IMG/VR virus record: IMGVR_UViG_3300003541_000005
Span: 1-52,088 of that record
DNA from: a virus
Lineage: Duplodnaviria; Caudoviricetes
Length of the DNA stretch: 52,088 nt
Strand: one strand, 5' to 3'
Within the stretch, counting starts at the first letter, position 1, and each line of letters begins with the position of its first letter. This document shows positions 1 to 9,657 of this stretch, piece by piece. Under the pieces are notes generated by a model. It made no database searches. It was not told the DNA's origin and was given only the letters and a program-made list of their open reading frames with translations. A program made the translations under genes and the position numbers.

Positions 1-1698
1 GGGAGAACCCCCGCCCGCCCCACCAGCGCCGCCAACGCCTCCCACGGCGGGAGCGCCCTGGGCGCCTTGCCCAGGAGCCGGAGCCGGAGCGGGCGGCGTC
101 GCCGGAGCCGCAACAGTCGGTTGGCCGGGGCGCAAAAACGCCGGACCATTAAAAACGCCGGAAGGAGCTTGCTTTTCCGGACCATTCCCGGACAAGGGGT
201 GACCGCTCATAGCCGCCGCCAGTTTCCTTTCGGCGTCGGTCAAATTAGATGTGTATGGCACCCCGCTTCCTGTAAAGGACGTATCCCACTGGTCCTTTAA
301 ACCCGCGAGACGCCCCTCGACAAGACCCGCCAGCCGCTTGACGTTGGAAGCTAAAACGTCGGACGGCATGTTCGGGTCAAGACGCTCTTCCCACGTTTTC
401 GCTTCAAAAACGCCAGGGGTCGCCCCCTTGAACACTCGCGCGGCCTCTTCTATGAGCGCCGACTTATCGGTCATGAACCGCTCTCGCGACGCGTATCTGT
501 CCGCCTGCCCAGGGACAAACCCCGGAAGTCCGGCGCGAATCTGGTTAAACACGTTGGTGTCGTAGTTGTTAAGCCTGCCAATGGATTCTTGTATCTTACC
601 CATGTGCTCGGCGAATGTATCGATACCTTTGATGTTCTGAGCCTCCAAGGCTCCTGTATATTTCTGTCTAAGCAGGAAACGCTGTTCGTTAAAGTTTGGG
701 TCCGCCAAATAAATACCGTTAGCGAGAGTCGCGTTTATGCCACTGCGCGCGCCGACTCCTTTGGGAAGTTGCGCCTCACCGGATATGATTTTTCTAAATT
801 TCTGGGCAATCGCTTGCGGTTGCGTTTTTAGGTAATCTTCTCCCGTTGGCATTTCCACTCCAGCCGGAAGTGTCGATGCATCGATAGGTTTACCGTTTAT
901 CGGATTGACGTAACTCTTGGTCTCTGGATTAAGAACGCCGAAAACCTTTTGACCTGTTATTGGGTCTACTGCGACTTCGACAGGCTTATAGGTCTCCGCC
1001 TGTGTTTTCTGCATTTCAGCACGATGCTTCTCCATGCCTTGTGGCGTAATCGAAGGCATGACCTGCTCTAGCGCCTTTGGGTCTGTCGCGATGGCGATGG
1101 CCTGATTTAGGCTCATGCCGCTATCCCTCAAGGCCTGCACCGTCGCGGTAAATTTAGCGCTCTGCGCGGCGTACTGTTGCTGCAAGCCCTCCTGAACGGC
1201 GCCCTGCCCAAAAAGGTCTTTGACGCCGCTCATGATGCTGCCTGGGCGGGCGTTGGGGAAAAACGAGCTCCAGAACATCTGGTTCGGCGAGGGCTGCGCC
1301 ACAAGCTGACTAATGGCCTCCGGGGGAACGTTGGAGCCGCCCTGAGCGGGAGCCCGCCCAGGGGCGGCTGCGCCGGGTCCTTGCAACGGAGCGCCGGTCA
1401 TGAAGCCGCCCGTATTCACGGGCTGAGGAACCGGACCAGCCGGAGCGCCGCCAGACGGGCCAGCGCCCGCGCCAGAGGGCTGAAGGCTCGCCTGATAGGC
1501 GTCAGCTCCGCCGCCCGGAACGCCGCCCGGAGGCGTCTCCTGTGTCATCAGGCTCGACAACAATTTCGTCGCGCGAGCCGGGTCAAGGCTCAGCGCGGCG
1601 GACGTCGGGTGACCTTTCGGCCCAAGAAGGGAACCCAACAATCCCTGTTGGTCGTCCTCAAGCCCAAGGAGCGCCGGGTCGATGTCTGAACTCTCCAT
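1..1698 (-). CDS. Internal virion / DNA ejection protein, 3'-truncated at window edge (>=566 aa)
   Basis: Not in ORF track because no stop lies in the window. Read manually from ATG at 1698 (MESSDIDPALLGLEDD...) to PAPAPGQGAQGAPAVGGVGGAGGAGGGSP at base 1. G/A/P/Q-rich; follows the tail and pilot genes as podovirus ejection proteins do. Confidence 0.65.
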   Translation of the reverse strand, partial: MESSDIDPALLGLEDDQQGLLGSLLGPKGHPTSAALSLDPARATKLLSSLMTQETPPGGVPGGGADAYQASLQPSGAGAGPSGGAPAGPVPQPVNTGGFMTGAPLQGPGAAAPGRAPAQGGSNVPPEAISQLVAQPSPNQMFWSSFFPNARPGSIMSGVKDLFGQGAVQEGLQQQYAAQSAKFTATVQALRDSGMSLNQAIAIATDPKALEQVMPSITPQGMEKHRAEMQKTQAETYKPVEVAVDPITGQKVFGVLNPETKSYVNPINGKPIDASTLPAGVEMPTGEDYLKTQPQAIAQKFRKIISGEAQLPKGVGARSGINATLANGIYLADPNFNEQRFLLRQKYTGALEAQNIKGIDTFAEHMGKIQESIGRLNNYDTNVFNQIRAGLPGFVPGQADRYASRERFMTDKSALIEEAARVFKGATPGVFEAKTWEERLDPNMPSDVLASNVKRLAGLVEGRLAGLKDQWDTSFTGSGVPYTSNLTDAERKLAAAMSGHPLSGNGPEKQAPSGVFNGPAFLRPGQPTVAAPATPPAPAPAPGQGAQGAPAVGGVGGAGGAGGGSP

Positions 1699-1710
1699 CT
1701 CGAATCCCCC

Positions 1711-2550
1711 TTACATAATCGAAGCGCCAGCACTCATAGTCGTGCTGCTGCCCTTGGTTGTTGACTGGCCCTTGGTGTCCTGCGTTCCGCCAAGTCCGGC
1801 GAGCGGGCCAAGCATGGCCAAAATAGCCTGTTGGTTCTGCACGGGGATATTCTTCAAAAGCTGGTCCAACTGAATCTGCTGCTGGCTTCCGTAATTCTGC
1901 GCCGCTAATGCTTGGTCCGCCAGACTGGCGCCCTGGGCCTGGGTTCCTATCGCCTGGGCGTTGAGGCCCTGGGCCGTGGACGCCGCGCCGGTTCCCATTC
2001 CATACTGAGAGCTGATTGCGCCGAGCTGGTTTTGCTGTTGCTTGTTGTACTGGTCCATGAGGATAGGCGCTTCCGCATTGGTGATGGCCCTCGCCACCGC
2101 GCCAGAGTTGGCGCCGGACATGTCACGCCCCGCTGCGGCGAATTGAGCGTTAACGCGATTCGCGGCGTCGTCCCCAACCGTCTTAAGCATCTGCTGCATA
2201 TACGGGTTTGACTGAAAATCGAGATACTGGCCGCTGGCGTAAGGCGACAGGTTTTTCTTGGCTTCATCATAGGCCGCCTGAACCTGGGGCGATAGGGACT
2301 GCGTTCCGAAAGCCGCCGACGCGGTGTTCCCAATGTCCGTCGCCCAGGGGTTCCCGTTCGCGGCGTTCGCCTTCATCGCCTCAATGGCGGCCTGCTGGTC
2401 CGCTGTCGCGCCCGTGCTGCCTTGAAGCCCTTCAATCTGGCCAATGGCTGTCGTCAGCGCCGGGATGGTGCGCCCCCATGGGTCCGTCTTGCTGTTGGAG
2501 CTGCTTTTCGTGTCGCTCTTGGACTGAGTGTTGCTAATGCTGCCGCTCAT
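1711..2550 (-). CDS. DNA pilot / ejection protein
   Basis: 279 aa, G/Q/A/S-rich with NPY and AAGRDMSGA motifs; position after the tail tube genes is typical of podovirus ejection proteins. Confidence 0.6.
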   Translation of the reverse strand: MSGSISNTQSKSDTKSSSNSKTDPWGRTIPALTTAIGQIEGLQGSTGATADQQAAIEAMKANAANGNPWATDIGNTASAAFGTQSLSPQVQAAYDEAKKNLSPYASGQYLDFQSNPYMQQMLKTVGDDAANRVNAQFAAAGRDMSGANSGAVARAITNAEAPILMDQYNKQQQNQLGAISSQYGMGTGAASTAQGLNAQAIGTQAQGASLADQALAAQNYGSQQQIQLDQLLKNIPVQNQQAILAMLGPLAGLGGTQDTKGQSTTKGSSTTMSAGASIM

Positions 2551-3002
2551 GACAAAATCCTCTCAAATAGCTTTTCGCCTGGGCGCGCATCCCCGATAAT
2601 CCGGTATCCATGATATATGCGCGATAGCGCGCGGCGCCCCATGAAACGGACAATCTTGCAGTCATTCTCCAGCGCAAACCGCTCAACGACATTCTGAGCG
2701 AGATAGGCCCATTCTGGAAGATATTTCCCAGACATCGTGTGCGCGTCCACCACGCGGCGTCCGTCGTCATCGACAATTCCGGTGAAGAAGATTCCGACAG
2801 GGCTGACAGACTGCGCATCCACCTGGACCACGGCCCAAAGTTGTGTCTCACCGGATAGCATCAAATCCCGTTGTGTATAGGGATTCGTGTTTTTCGCAGC
2901 CACAAACGCCGGAACAAGGAATTCCCGGAATGCCTCCCAGGCTTCCGCCAGCTTGTCGATTCGCACCTGGGCGATAAGGAACATCTTATCCGAGCGCGAC
3001 AT
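2547..3002 (-). CDS. GNAT-like virion assembly protein
   Basis: Predicted alpha/beta pattern QLWAVV...FALENDCKIVRFMGRR; sits between tail and ejection genes; 4-nt overlap with the next gene. Start may be MFLIAQ. Confidence 0.5.
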   Translation of the reverse strand: MSRSDKMFLIAQVRIDKLAEAWEAFREFLVPAFVAAKNTNPYTQRDLMLSGETQLWAVVQVDAQSVSPVGIFFTGIVDDDGRRVVDAHTMSGKYLPEWAYLAQNVVERFALENDCKIVRFMGRRALSRIYHGYRIIGDARPGEKLFERILS

Positions 3003-3306
3003 AGCCGAATTTCCTGTCTGTCTGCACGCTGGCCGGGTGTGTAACGGTGAAGGAGCCGCTGTTGATGGCCGAAACCCAAACCCCTCCGGGAACCTGCATA
3101 GCGAGGGCGGCGTTGGCCGACAACGGCGTCAACAAGGGTTTGCTGCCTATGCCGCAGTTGAAGGAGGCGACGACGGTTGTTGTCGCTGGGCTGACAGCCA
3201 AAAAGAACTCCCCGGAGGCGTTCGTCCGCCCCTGAAAAAGGTCTCGGATTGACTGCACAATTCGAACGAGGTCTTTTTCCCCGATATTTGGATAATTTCC
3301 GCTCAT
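2986..3306 (-). CDS. Small virion-associated protein
   Basis: 106 aa beta-rich protein overlapping its neighbours in the structural operon. Confidence 0.55.
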   Translation of the reverse strand: MSGNYPNIGEKDLVRIVQSIRDLFQGRTNASGEFFLAVSPATTTVVASFNCGIGSKPLLTPLSANAALAMQVPGGVWVSAINSGSFTVTHPASVQTDRKFGYVALG

Positions 3307-4769
3307 CTTCCAGCCGCCGACATGTCAGGAAGAACGCCCGTGGCGTAAGTCCAGTTGGTCCCATAGGGGATACGGAGCTTAGCGCGCGCGTACCGGGTGT
3401 TGACCAGAAAGGGACACTTCCCGTCAATCTCGCGAGCGGTCTCCGGGCTATATTGCTCTAAGGGGTCCGTCAGCAATTCGCGCACCTCAATACTGGCGAA
3501 GACAGACGGCGCATCCGTAACAGGATATACGCCATTGATGTTCATGCGCCGCTCAATCATGCTTATTTCCGAAGTCTCAATAGTCGCTTCTAAATTGCTT
3601 CCGGTAAAGAACCCTGCGACGTTGTTCAAGTCCATCATGGAAATTGATGGAAGTGTTGACGTGCTGAGGCTGTCAAGAGAGAACGGAAGAGCGTCGATGC
3701 TGGCGGAGATGGTGTTCAGGCCCTCCAACGTGATTCCAGGCTTGGCCAAAGACGACAAGTATTGTCCGCTCATCGTGACCGGCGTCCATTTGTCGAGAAG
3801 CCAGTTGTAACAAAGCAGCTTATTGAATCCGGCCTGGGAGCCCGCCGACTTTGACTTATATGCCCAGATGCAAACGTTCGACGCCGGGTCAGCGGAGCCA
3901 ATCATGAATTCAGGATGCGCGTCGTCGTAGTCCGCGAAAAAGGTGCTGTCCACCCGTTGCGTCCCGATGGGGACGAGCGAACCCGACGCGTCGGACTTCA
4001 TGAAGCCCTGGGCGGAGAGAAAGAAGATTTTCTCACCCATGGTCACGAGCGAGTACGGCGCAAGCACGCCCTTGTCCTTAGCGAGCCGGTCAATCTGGAA
4101 AACGATATCCGAGCCAGGGGAGAACATCATGCGCCGGATAGCGCTGTCCTGCATGATGATTCCGAGTTCACCGCCGACCACGCCGCGAACGACGCCTCCG
4201 TCAGGGAAATCCTGAAAATCAGAGTAAGTGATTCCTGACGTCCACGTCGCGGGCGCGTTCAGGCCGGACCATTGGATTCTATAGGGGAAGCTTAATAGCC
4301 CAGAGAGCACCACAAAGCGGTTGATGATGGAGATATAGGCGGCCTGGGGCGGCGTTCCCCCCAAGTCAGCGAAGGCCGTTGACGTCGTCAGGTCGAAGAC
4401 CTGGGGAACGACATTGGCCTGCACGGCGATGATGAAGTTGTTGAACTGCGCGAACTGCCACTGGGCTGTTTGTGAGACAGCCGGATAGGCTACGCCGCCC
4501 TTGGAGATGTCCGTCCAAGCGAATGTGGTGTTATCCATCCGGTATAAGCGCGTGTCCGTCGCGGCGAAAGTCTGGATGGAGCCGTCTGTTTTCCGAGCAT
4601 AAAAGTATCCACGACAGGCAGACGGGAGCGCTCCGGTAAACGTTCCGAAGTCTTTAAAGGGCCCATACCCGTCAGACCTCGGAAGAACGTTACTGAGGAA
4701 CCTTGAGTTTGGCGTGTTCAGGTCGCTTACGTCGGGCATGTATTGCCCGAAAGGAATTGTCTCCGCCAT
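3303..4769 (-). CDS. Tail tube/nozzle (head-closure) protein, beta-propeller-like
   Basis: 488 aa with PFGQYMPD start, QWQFAQFNN and RIQWSGLN motifs; follows the adaptor gene. Confidence 0.75.
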   Translation of the reverse strand: MAETIPFGQYMPDVSDLNTPNSRFLSNVLPRSDGYGPFKDFGTFTGALPSACRGYFYARKTDGSIQTFAATDTRLYRMDNTTFAWTDISKGGVAYPAVSQTAQWQFAQFNNFIIAVQANVVPQVFDLTTSTAFADLGGTPPQAAYISIINRFVVLSGLLSFPYRIQWSGLNAPATWTSGITYSDFQDFPDGGVVRGVVGGELGIIMQDSAIRRMMFSPGSDIVFQIDRLAKDKGVLAPYSLVTMGEKIFFLSAQGFMKSDASGSLVPIGTQRVDSTFFADYDDAHPEFMIGSADPASNVCIWAYKSKSAGSQAGFNKLLCYNWLLDKWTPVTMSGQYLSSLAKPGITLEGLNTISASIDALPFSLDSLSTSTLPSISMMDLNNVAGFFTGSNLEATIETSEISMIERRMNINGVYPVTDAPSVFASIEVRELLTDPLEQYSPETAREIDGKCPFLVNTRYARAKLRIPYGTNWTYATGVLPDMSAAGR

Positions 4770-5408
4770 TTAAAACTCCATCGAAGCGATACGCGACTTA
4801 CGCGTCTTCGTGCGACGGGTCGTCATGACGCGCATATTCAATTCGGCGTCAGCCAAATCCGTCATGCAGCGACGTTCAAGGTCGTCATCAAAAAGAACGT
4901 TCCTCGCCAAGTCGAGCTTGGCGCGGGTGCGGATAAGCCACTCCGCTTCCACCATCCACACGTTTCCGACTTCCGTGTCTGTCGCCGGAGCAGCCTTGCT
5001 GATGGCGCCGGTTATGCGGATGGTCCAGACGTCGGCGGGTATGGGATAAAGCCGGATTGTCCTGTCGTAATAAAGGAACTCCCCCGGCTGGCCGCTCATG
5101 GTTCCGTTCTGAGACGCGCTTTCAATACGAATTGGCCTGTCGTTCACCAGCTCAAAGGGCGTATTGCCCATATAGAGGAAGACGGAATCTATCTTACGGA
5201 TGTTCGCCAGCCCAGGAACATCCGCTTCGGTATAGAATTCCTTCATCGCAACAGTGCTGAAGGTAAGATTTCGACTCTCGTTGAACCAAAAACGGTCGTT
5301 TTCGTACTCCCCGATAGCGATATTGATGGCTTCGCCAATTTGCGTCGCCATGTTCGACCGTCGGATGTCCCGCGCAATGCGGTCCTTCATTATCGCCAGT
5401 GTCGTCAT
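4770..5408 (-). CDS. Head-tail adaptor (gatekeeper) protein
   Basis: 212 aa, N-terminal helices, RFWFNE and IRLYPIP motifs; downstream of head genes. Confidence 0.75.
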   Translation of the reverse strand: MTTLAIMKDRIARDIRRSNMATQIGEAINIAIGEYENDRFWFNESRNLTFSTVAMKEFYTEADVPGLANIRKIDSVFLYMGNTPFELVNDRPIRIESASQNGTMSGQPGEFLYYDRTIRLYPIPADVWTIRITGAISKAAPATDTEVGNVWMVEAEWLIRTRAKLDLARNVLFDDDLERRCMTDLADAELNMRVMTTRRTKTRKSRIASMEF

Positions 5409-5529
5409 TCTCGCGTTCCTTGTGACGCAGATGGGACTGAACGCCTACACGCCCCGCCCCATCTGCCGCGAGCCCGAGCGACCGCAAGCGGAGCCCTAAT
5501 CAACCCGAAGACGCTCGGCTCAACCCCGC

Positions 5530-5931
5530 TTAGCCCTGGGCGAGGGCCTTGATAACCTCAATCATGAATACCAGCGTGCCGTTAAAGGCGACGGCGGAGG
5601 CATGCTTGTTGTGCGCGGTGATGACGACGCTTCCCGCTCCCGGCGTAACAGTGCCGAGCATGGGGGAACCGGCGTTGTTCGTGCCGTTGCCCAGGGTAAC
5701 GTTCACGATGTCCGCCGCCACAATGCCCGGATGGGTGACGGTCAGCGTGTAAATGGCGTTCTGGGCGGTGGTCAGAGTTTCTGACGTGACCTTGCCGATA
5801 AGTCGCTCCGTCGTGGACACGGTGGCTGCGCCTGCCGTGGCCGTAGCTGCGAAGAAATCGGAGGCGAGCGCTTGCGCCGCCATTGTCTGATTGCGGTGGA
5901 CGGTTTCAACGCCGCCTTGTCCGTAAGACAT
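5530..5931 (-). CDS. Virion structural protein
   Basis: 133 aa A/T/G/V-rich beta protein inside the head-tail operon, with SD AAAGGAG. Confidence 0.6.
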   Translation of the reverse strand: MSYGQGGVETVHRNQTMAAQALASDFFAATATAGAATVSTTERLIGKVTSETLTTAQNAIYTLTVTHPGIVAADIVNVTLGNGTNNAGSPMLGTVTPGAGSVVITAHNKHASAVAFNGTLVFMIEVIKALAQG

Positions 5932-5951
5932 GTTCGCTCCTTTCAGAGTGG

Positions 5952-5985
5952 ATTGACCGGACGCGGGCGCCCGCGTCCGGTCAAT
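5952..5985. repeat. Perfect 34-bp palindrome
   Basis: ATTGACCGGACGCGGGC|GCCCGCGTCCGGTCAAT, intergenic. Confidence 0.9.
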
Positions 5986-5988
5986 TCA

Positions 5989-6399
5989 TTAGGCGTCGTT
6001 GTTCGGGACGTATGCAACAACCACCACAAGAGCGCCAGCCGTGACGCTCGCCGGGTTGAGCTTCACATAGACGGTGGTGTCCGCCGTGAGAAGCAGGTTT
6101 GCGCCAGTGGCGATGGTGACGGCGGTTGTTCCGCCGACAATGCCTGACGTGTCCGTGCTCGCCACCATGTCGTTGTAGGACGTGGCGTTCTGACCGACAG
6201 TGATGGCGGGAGTTCCGCCCACAAAGGCAGTCGTGATGTGAACCAACGTGTTGAGAATCTGCGCGCCCGCAGGGAGCAGATTCGGGAAAGCAACGCCGCT
6301 TGCAATTCCAGGGGTCGCGAAGTTCACCGCCATACGAAGGTAGTGAACCTGTTGAGTGTGCAATTCGCGCGCGGCTGTTCCAGCGGTATTAGTGGCCAT
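5989..6399 (-). CDS. Capsid decoration/cement-like protein
   Basis: Immediately downstream of the MCP; LPAGAQI...VHITTAF motif; start refined to ATG 6399 (MATNTAG) after SD GGAGG. Confidence 0.65.
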   Translation of the reverse strand: MATNTAGTAARELHTQQVHYLRMAVNFATPGIASGVAFPNLLPAGAQILNTLVHITTAFVGGTPAITVGQNATSYNDMVASTDTSGIVGGTTAVTIATGANLLLTADTTVYVKLNPASVTAGALVVVVAYVPNNDA

Positions 6400-6415
6400 T
6401 AGACCCTCCGTGTGG

Positions 6416-6446
6416 AGCAACTATTAGGAAATTCCTAATAGTTGCT
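6416..6446. repeat. Perfect 15-bp inverted repeat after MCP stop
   Basis: AGCAACTATTAGGAA-A-TTCCTAATAGTTGCT. Confidence 0.9.
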
Positions 6447-6463
6447 ATCAGTTAACGCCGGGA

Positions 6464-7540
6464 TTAGCTGGAAGCAGCGGCGTAAGTGTGGACAGTAACA
6501 GTGCCGAAATCGGCATTGTTGTAGCGGGTTTTCTTCAGGCCCCAGATGGCCCAGGAAGAAACTTCGAGCTTGCGCTTGTGGTCAAAAAGCTCTTCATTCC
6601 ATCTATACTTGCCCTGACCTGGGTTATTCTGCTGGCCGTAGGCAATCATGCAAGCCTGTGCGCCCAGAAGTACTGCGCGCTTGGTGGTCGAGATAGCAAG
6701 TCCGGTGCTTTCGGATACGCCGGAAGCGACGTCCTGACTGGAGCGAAGAATAACGCCGTTATACTCGCCAAGAGCGCCGGTATAAATCGGGTTGTCGTTA
6801 ATCTTTCCGCCCATCATCGCGGCCTTCTGGATGTCCATCCATTGGCCAGACGACGCGTTCGTGCGCATTGACGTGACTTGGTAGGGATGCAAGTACATCA
6901 CGTACTTAGGCTGACCACCGATGCGGATGGGGCGGACCATGTTGTTTCCGACCTTGGCCAGTTCAACCGCTTGGTCAATCAGGTTCAGGGTGAAAACGTC
7001 AGAACTGGTCAGGCCGTCGTCGGTGGTGCCAGAGCCAGCGGTGATTTTGCGGGTCGCGGACGGAGCCACGGTCGCATTCAGTCCAGCGTACTTCAGGTTT
7101 GTCTGCGCGGTGTTGCCGCAAACCTGATTGAAGAAAGACATGGACTTTCTGTCCGCCCACCACTCGCCCAGGGCGTCTTTCGACTGCTGGCGAAGGTCGA
7201 ACGGGACACGCTGCGCATCAATGGTGTTATCGCTGCGAACGCCGACCACATGGCCGAGTTCATTGATGACGATGGAGTCGCTGTAAATCGACAGCGCCTC
7301 GCCGTTACCTTCGGCGATTTCGGACTCGGTCTTGCCGTCGCCGGTCAAACGAGCGCGGAGCCCGAAGGTCACCTTGTCGCCCGGACCCTTCCGGGATTCA
7401 TTCTTGATCTGGATGATAGAATTATCACCCTCACCGATAAGCGGAGCAATGTCCAAGTACTCACGTTCGGCAACCGCGAGCATTTTGGACCAAAGCTTGA
7501 TCGCCATGGCGTCATTAACGCCAAACGAAGTTGTGGCCAT
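6464..7540 (-). CDS. Major capsid protein, N4-gp56 (DUF4043) family
   Basis: 358 aa; MATTSFGVND..IKLWS, GDKVTFGL, EGNGEAL, YVMYLHPYQ, NPIYTGALGEYNGVIL, RAVLLGAQA and DFG motifs; SD GGAGG. Confidence 0.92.
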   Translation of the reverse strand: MATTSFGVNDAMAIKLWSKMLAVAEREYLDIAPLIGEGDNSIIQIKNESRKGPGDKVTFGLRARLTGDGKTESEIAEGNGEALSIYSDSIVINELGHVVGVRSDNTIDAQRVPFDLRQQSKDALGEWWADRKSMSFFNQVCGNTAQTNLKYAGLNATVAPSATRKITAGSGTTDDGLTSSDVFTLNLIDQAVELAKVGNNMVRPIRIGGQPKYVMYLHPYQVTSMRTNASSGQWMDIQKAAMMGGKINDNPIYTGALGEYNGVILRSSQDVASGVSESTGLAISTTKRAVLLGAQACMIAYGQQNNPGQGKYRWNEELFDHKRKLEVSSWAIWGLKKTRYNNADFGTVTVHTYAAASS

Positions 7541-7772
7541 GTGGCCCTCCAGCTAAAGTCATTCGGGAATTCTTTCGGGTTGCACGTAACGCTGTGCGGC
7601 GGAACGGTCGAAATCAGCCGACCGGAGCCTTATGCTCACTTTGTCTTCTTTACGGGAAGACTTACCGAAACGCCCGATTTGCGTTGGACGGCCACGCTGT
7701 AGGCTCATGCGCTGCAACTGTTTTCTCTTGACGGGGAGAAATCCCGAAACAGAACCGTGTCCTGTAAAAGCA

Positions 7773-7801
7773 ACACTATCATTGCAACAACTATGGAGCA
7801 A
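7773..7801 (-). promoter_or_regulatory. Putative sigma70 promoter for the capsid operon
   Basis: TTGCTC-17 nt-TAGTGT with TG extension on the minus strand, directly after a terminator and ~230 nt before the MCP start. Confidence 0.5.
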
Positions 7802-7805
7802 ACGC

Positions 7806-7835
7806 AAAAAAGCCGGAGGGGTTTCCCCCTCCGGC
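7806..7835 (-). terminator. Rho-independent terminator
   Basis: GCCGGAGGGG/CCCCTCCGGC stem followed by T6 on the minus strand. Confidence 0.85.
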
Positions 7836-7871
7836 CACGAAGACAAGCTGACGATAAGCGAGAGCTTATGG

Positions 7872-8471
7872 TTACACTGCCGGAGCGTCAGGCGCAACCG
7901 GAACGGAGGCCTCCACAGGGGCCGGATTGGTCTCGACGGAAGGAGCTACGGCGGCGGGAGCTTCCTGGGCGGGAGCTTCCACAGGGGCCGCAGCTTCCGG
8001 GGAAACCACAGGCTGAACGTCAAGGGCGATGCGGGCTTCGTCAGCGGCCACGCGGGCGGCCACGGCGTCAGCCTGGGCGCCATGGTCAATAACAACCACA
8101 GTGGCGGGAGCAACGCCCGTAGCCACGGTGTTTGCCGTGATGGCGTCAGACAGGTTCCCGGCGCTGAGACGAAGGGTCTCCGTGATTCTGGAAACCGACT
8201 CCCAATCGCTGAGGCGCTGGGCTTCAGCGTACTTGGCCGACAGGCCCTGAATTAGCGCTGTCGCGGCGGCGTTCACATCTTCCATGTGATGAACCTGGGC
8301 GATAAGCGCAGAAAGGTCGTGGATTTCGCTTGTCATGTTAATTCCCTTGTCTATGTTTTCATCTATCTCCGTAAGCATCGCTCCGACAGTGTTAAGAACT
8401 GTCCGATTGCGCCTAGAGATATTCTCGCACTGGGCCAGGAACTCTTGCCCAGGGGAGACGATATTCGGCAT
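7872..8471 (-). CDS. Coiled-coil phage protein with Ala/Pro/Glu tail
   Basis: Core DLSALIAQV...ATALIQGLSA...LSDAITANT resembles a common small phage coiled-coil family. Start is 8471 or 8336; the ORF-track extension to 8630 overlaps structured RNA. Confidence 0.6.
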   Translation of the reverse strand: MPNIVSPGQEFLAQCENISRRNRTVLNTVGAMLTEIDENIDKGINMTSEIHDLSALIAQVHHMEDVNAAATALIQGLSAKYAEAQRLSDWESVSRITETLRLSAGNLSDAITANTVATGVAPATVVVIDHGAQADAVAARVAADEARIALDVQPVVSPEAAAPVEAPAQEAPAAVAPSVETNPAPVEASVPVAPDAPAV

Positions 8472-8494
8472 GCGCGTGTCCCCGATACTGTTCC

Positions 8495-8750
8495 TGAGGC
8501 TGGACGGCGGGCGGGTCGCTACTTCCGCTTGGAACCTAGACTCCCGGCCTGCCGGTTGTTTCCCTGTCAATAGCATGTCTCCGCCTGGGCTCGTGCTCCC
8601 AGGCTTGGCTTCCATGCCGCCGCCGTCCACGTCGTCGCCCAGGGGGCCACCACGAAGAAGGCGGCGGGATTGGCAGTGGGGCCAATCCCGCCCGTGGGCG
8701 TCGCGTAAACGCCGCCTTATTGAGCCCGAGAGGGAACGTACAGGCTCAAC
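8495..8750 (-). ncRNA. Putative structured RNA region
   Basis: Three adjacent stems: 8720-8728/8741-8749; 8658-8718 with a 12-bp inner stem; 8501-8510/8620-8629 enclosing further hairpins. Confidence 0.45.
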
Positions 8751-8755
8751 TAACC

Positions 8756-9622
8756 TTATCGCCCAGGAGCGCCGCCAAAGAGCGCGTCGAGTTCGACCGC
8801 TTCGGCAAGAAGCAGAACCTTGGCGCGCGCCGCCTCGGTGAACAGCTCCGTCGTCTTCTGGAAGCGAACCTCGAACGACAAGGATTTGTCATTCATCCTA
8901 TACCGGAAAAACGCTTCAATGGCATAGGGTTCGTCGCCATCGAACACCGGAATGCAGATGCTTAGTTTCTTGGGAACGACAACCGGGACTCCCCCGATTT
9001 TGGGGTTGTCTTCCTCGCTACAGTTCCACTGTTGGTTACCATTCGACAGGTTTATCTTGGACTTGATGTCCACAATTTTTGTCACCTGAAGGCTGTTCAC
9101 CAGTTCCATGAGCGTCGCCGCGTCCGGGTGAATCACATCGTCAATGTGTTCCTCCAGAAACTCCGCAAGGTCCCTTTGCGAAAGCGCGCGGTTGTTTACG
9201 CCCATCCAGGCTTTCCACGCCTCGGACTTGCGGAAGGCGTACTTGACGACGTGCGTCCCTGGGCCGACGGCTTCAGGACCGGCAAACCAGTCTTCACCCC
9301 GGCTGTACTCGCCGTCCCCGATATTCCCTTCCCGGCCAGCGTGGTAATTCAAAACAACCGTCGCGGAGCCGTTAACGTCATCCGCGAATAGGATAGAGCG
9401 ACCGTTCAGGGAGTAGTTGTTGACGTAATTTTCAAACGACTTGTCGTCGTTTATGCTCACGGCCTGCGTAATGAACTCCGGTTTTTCCTTCTCGAAACGC
9501 TGTACAGTGTACCCTTCCGGGACAAGCATAAGCAAATCGCCGTTGCTTCTTACCGTATTGGCGTGAAGATTGCGTCCGGTGTTAAGAAGAAGCTGGAGTG
9601 CTTCTGCGCTAAGTTCTGCCAT
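8756..9622 (-). CDS. DUF2303 / YfdQ family protein
   Basis: 288 aa; SFENYVN, SEAWKAW, LSQRDLAEFLEEH and IPVFDG..FRYR motifs. Confidence 0.85.
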   Translation of the reverse strand: MAELSAEALQLLLNTGRNLHANTVRSNGDLLMLVPEGYTVQRFEKEKPEFITQAVSINDDKSFENYVNNYSLNGRSILFADDVNGSATVVLNYHAGREGNIGDGEYSRGEDWFAGPEAVGPGTHVVKYAFRKSEAWKAWMGVNNRALSQRDLAEFLEEHIDDVIHPDAATLMELVNSLQVTKIVDIKSKINLSNGNQQWNCSEEDNPKIGGVPVVVPKKLSICIPVFDGDEPYAIEAFFRYRMNDKSLSFEVRFQKTTELFTEAARAKVLLLAEAVELDALFGGAPGR

Positions 9623-9657
9623 TTCTTTTCCAATGCTACTGTAAAATTGACGGTTTA

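Noticed and set aside
5952-5985. Protelomerase target site
   Set aside because: It lies inside the late operon, is GC-rich, and no protelomerase is seen in the window.
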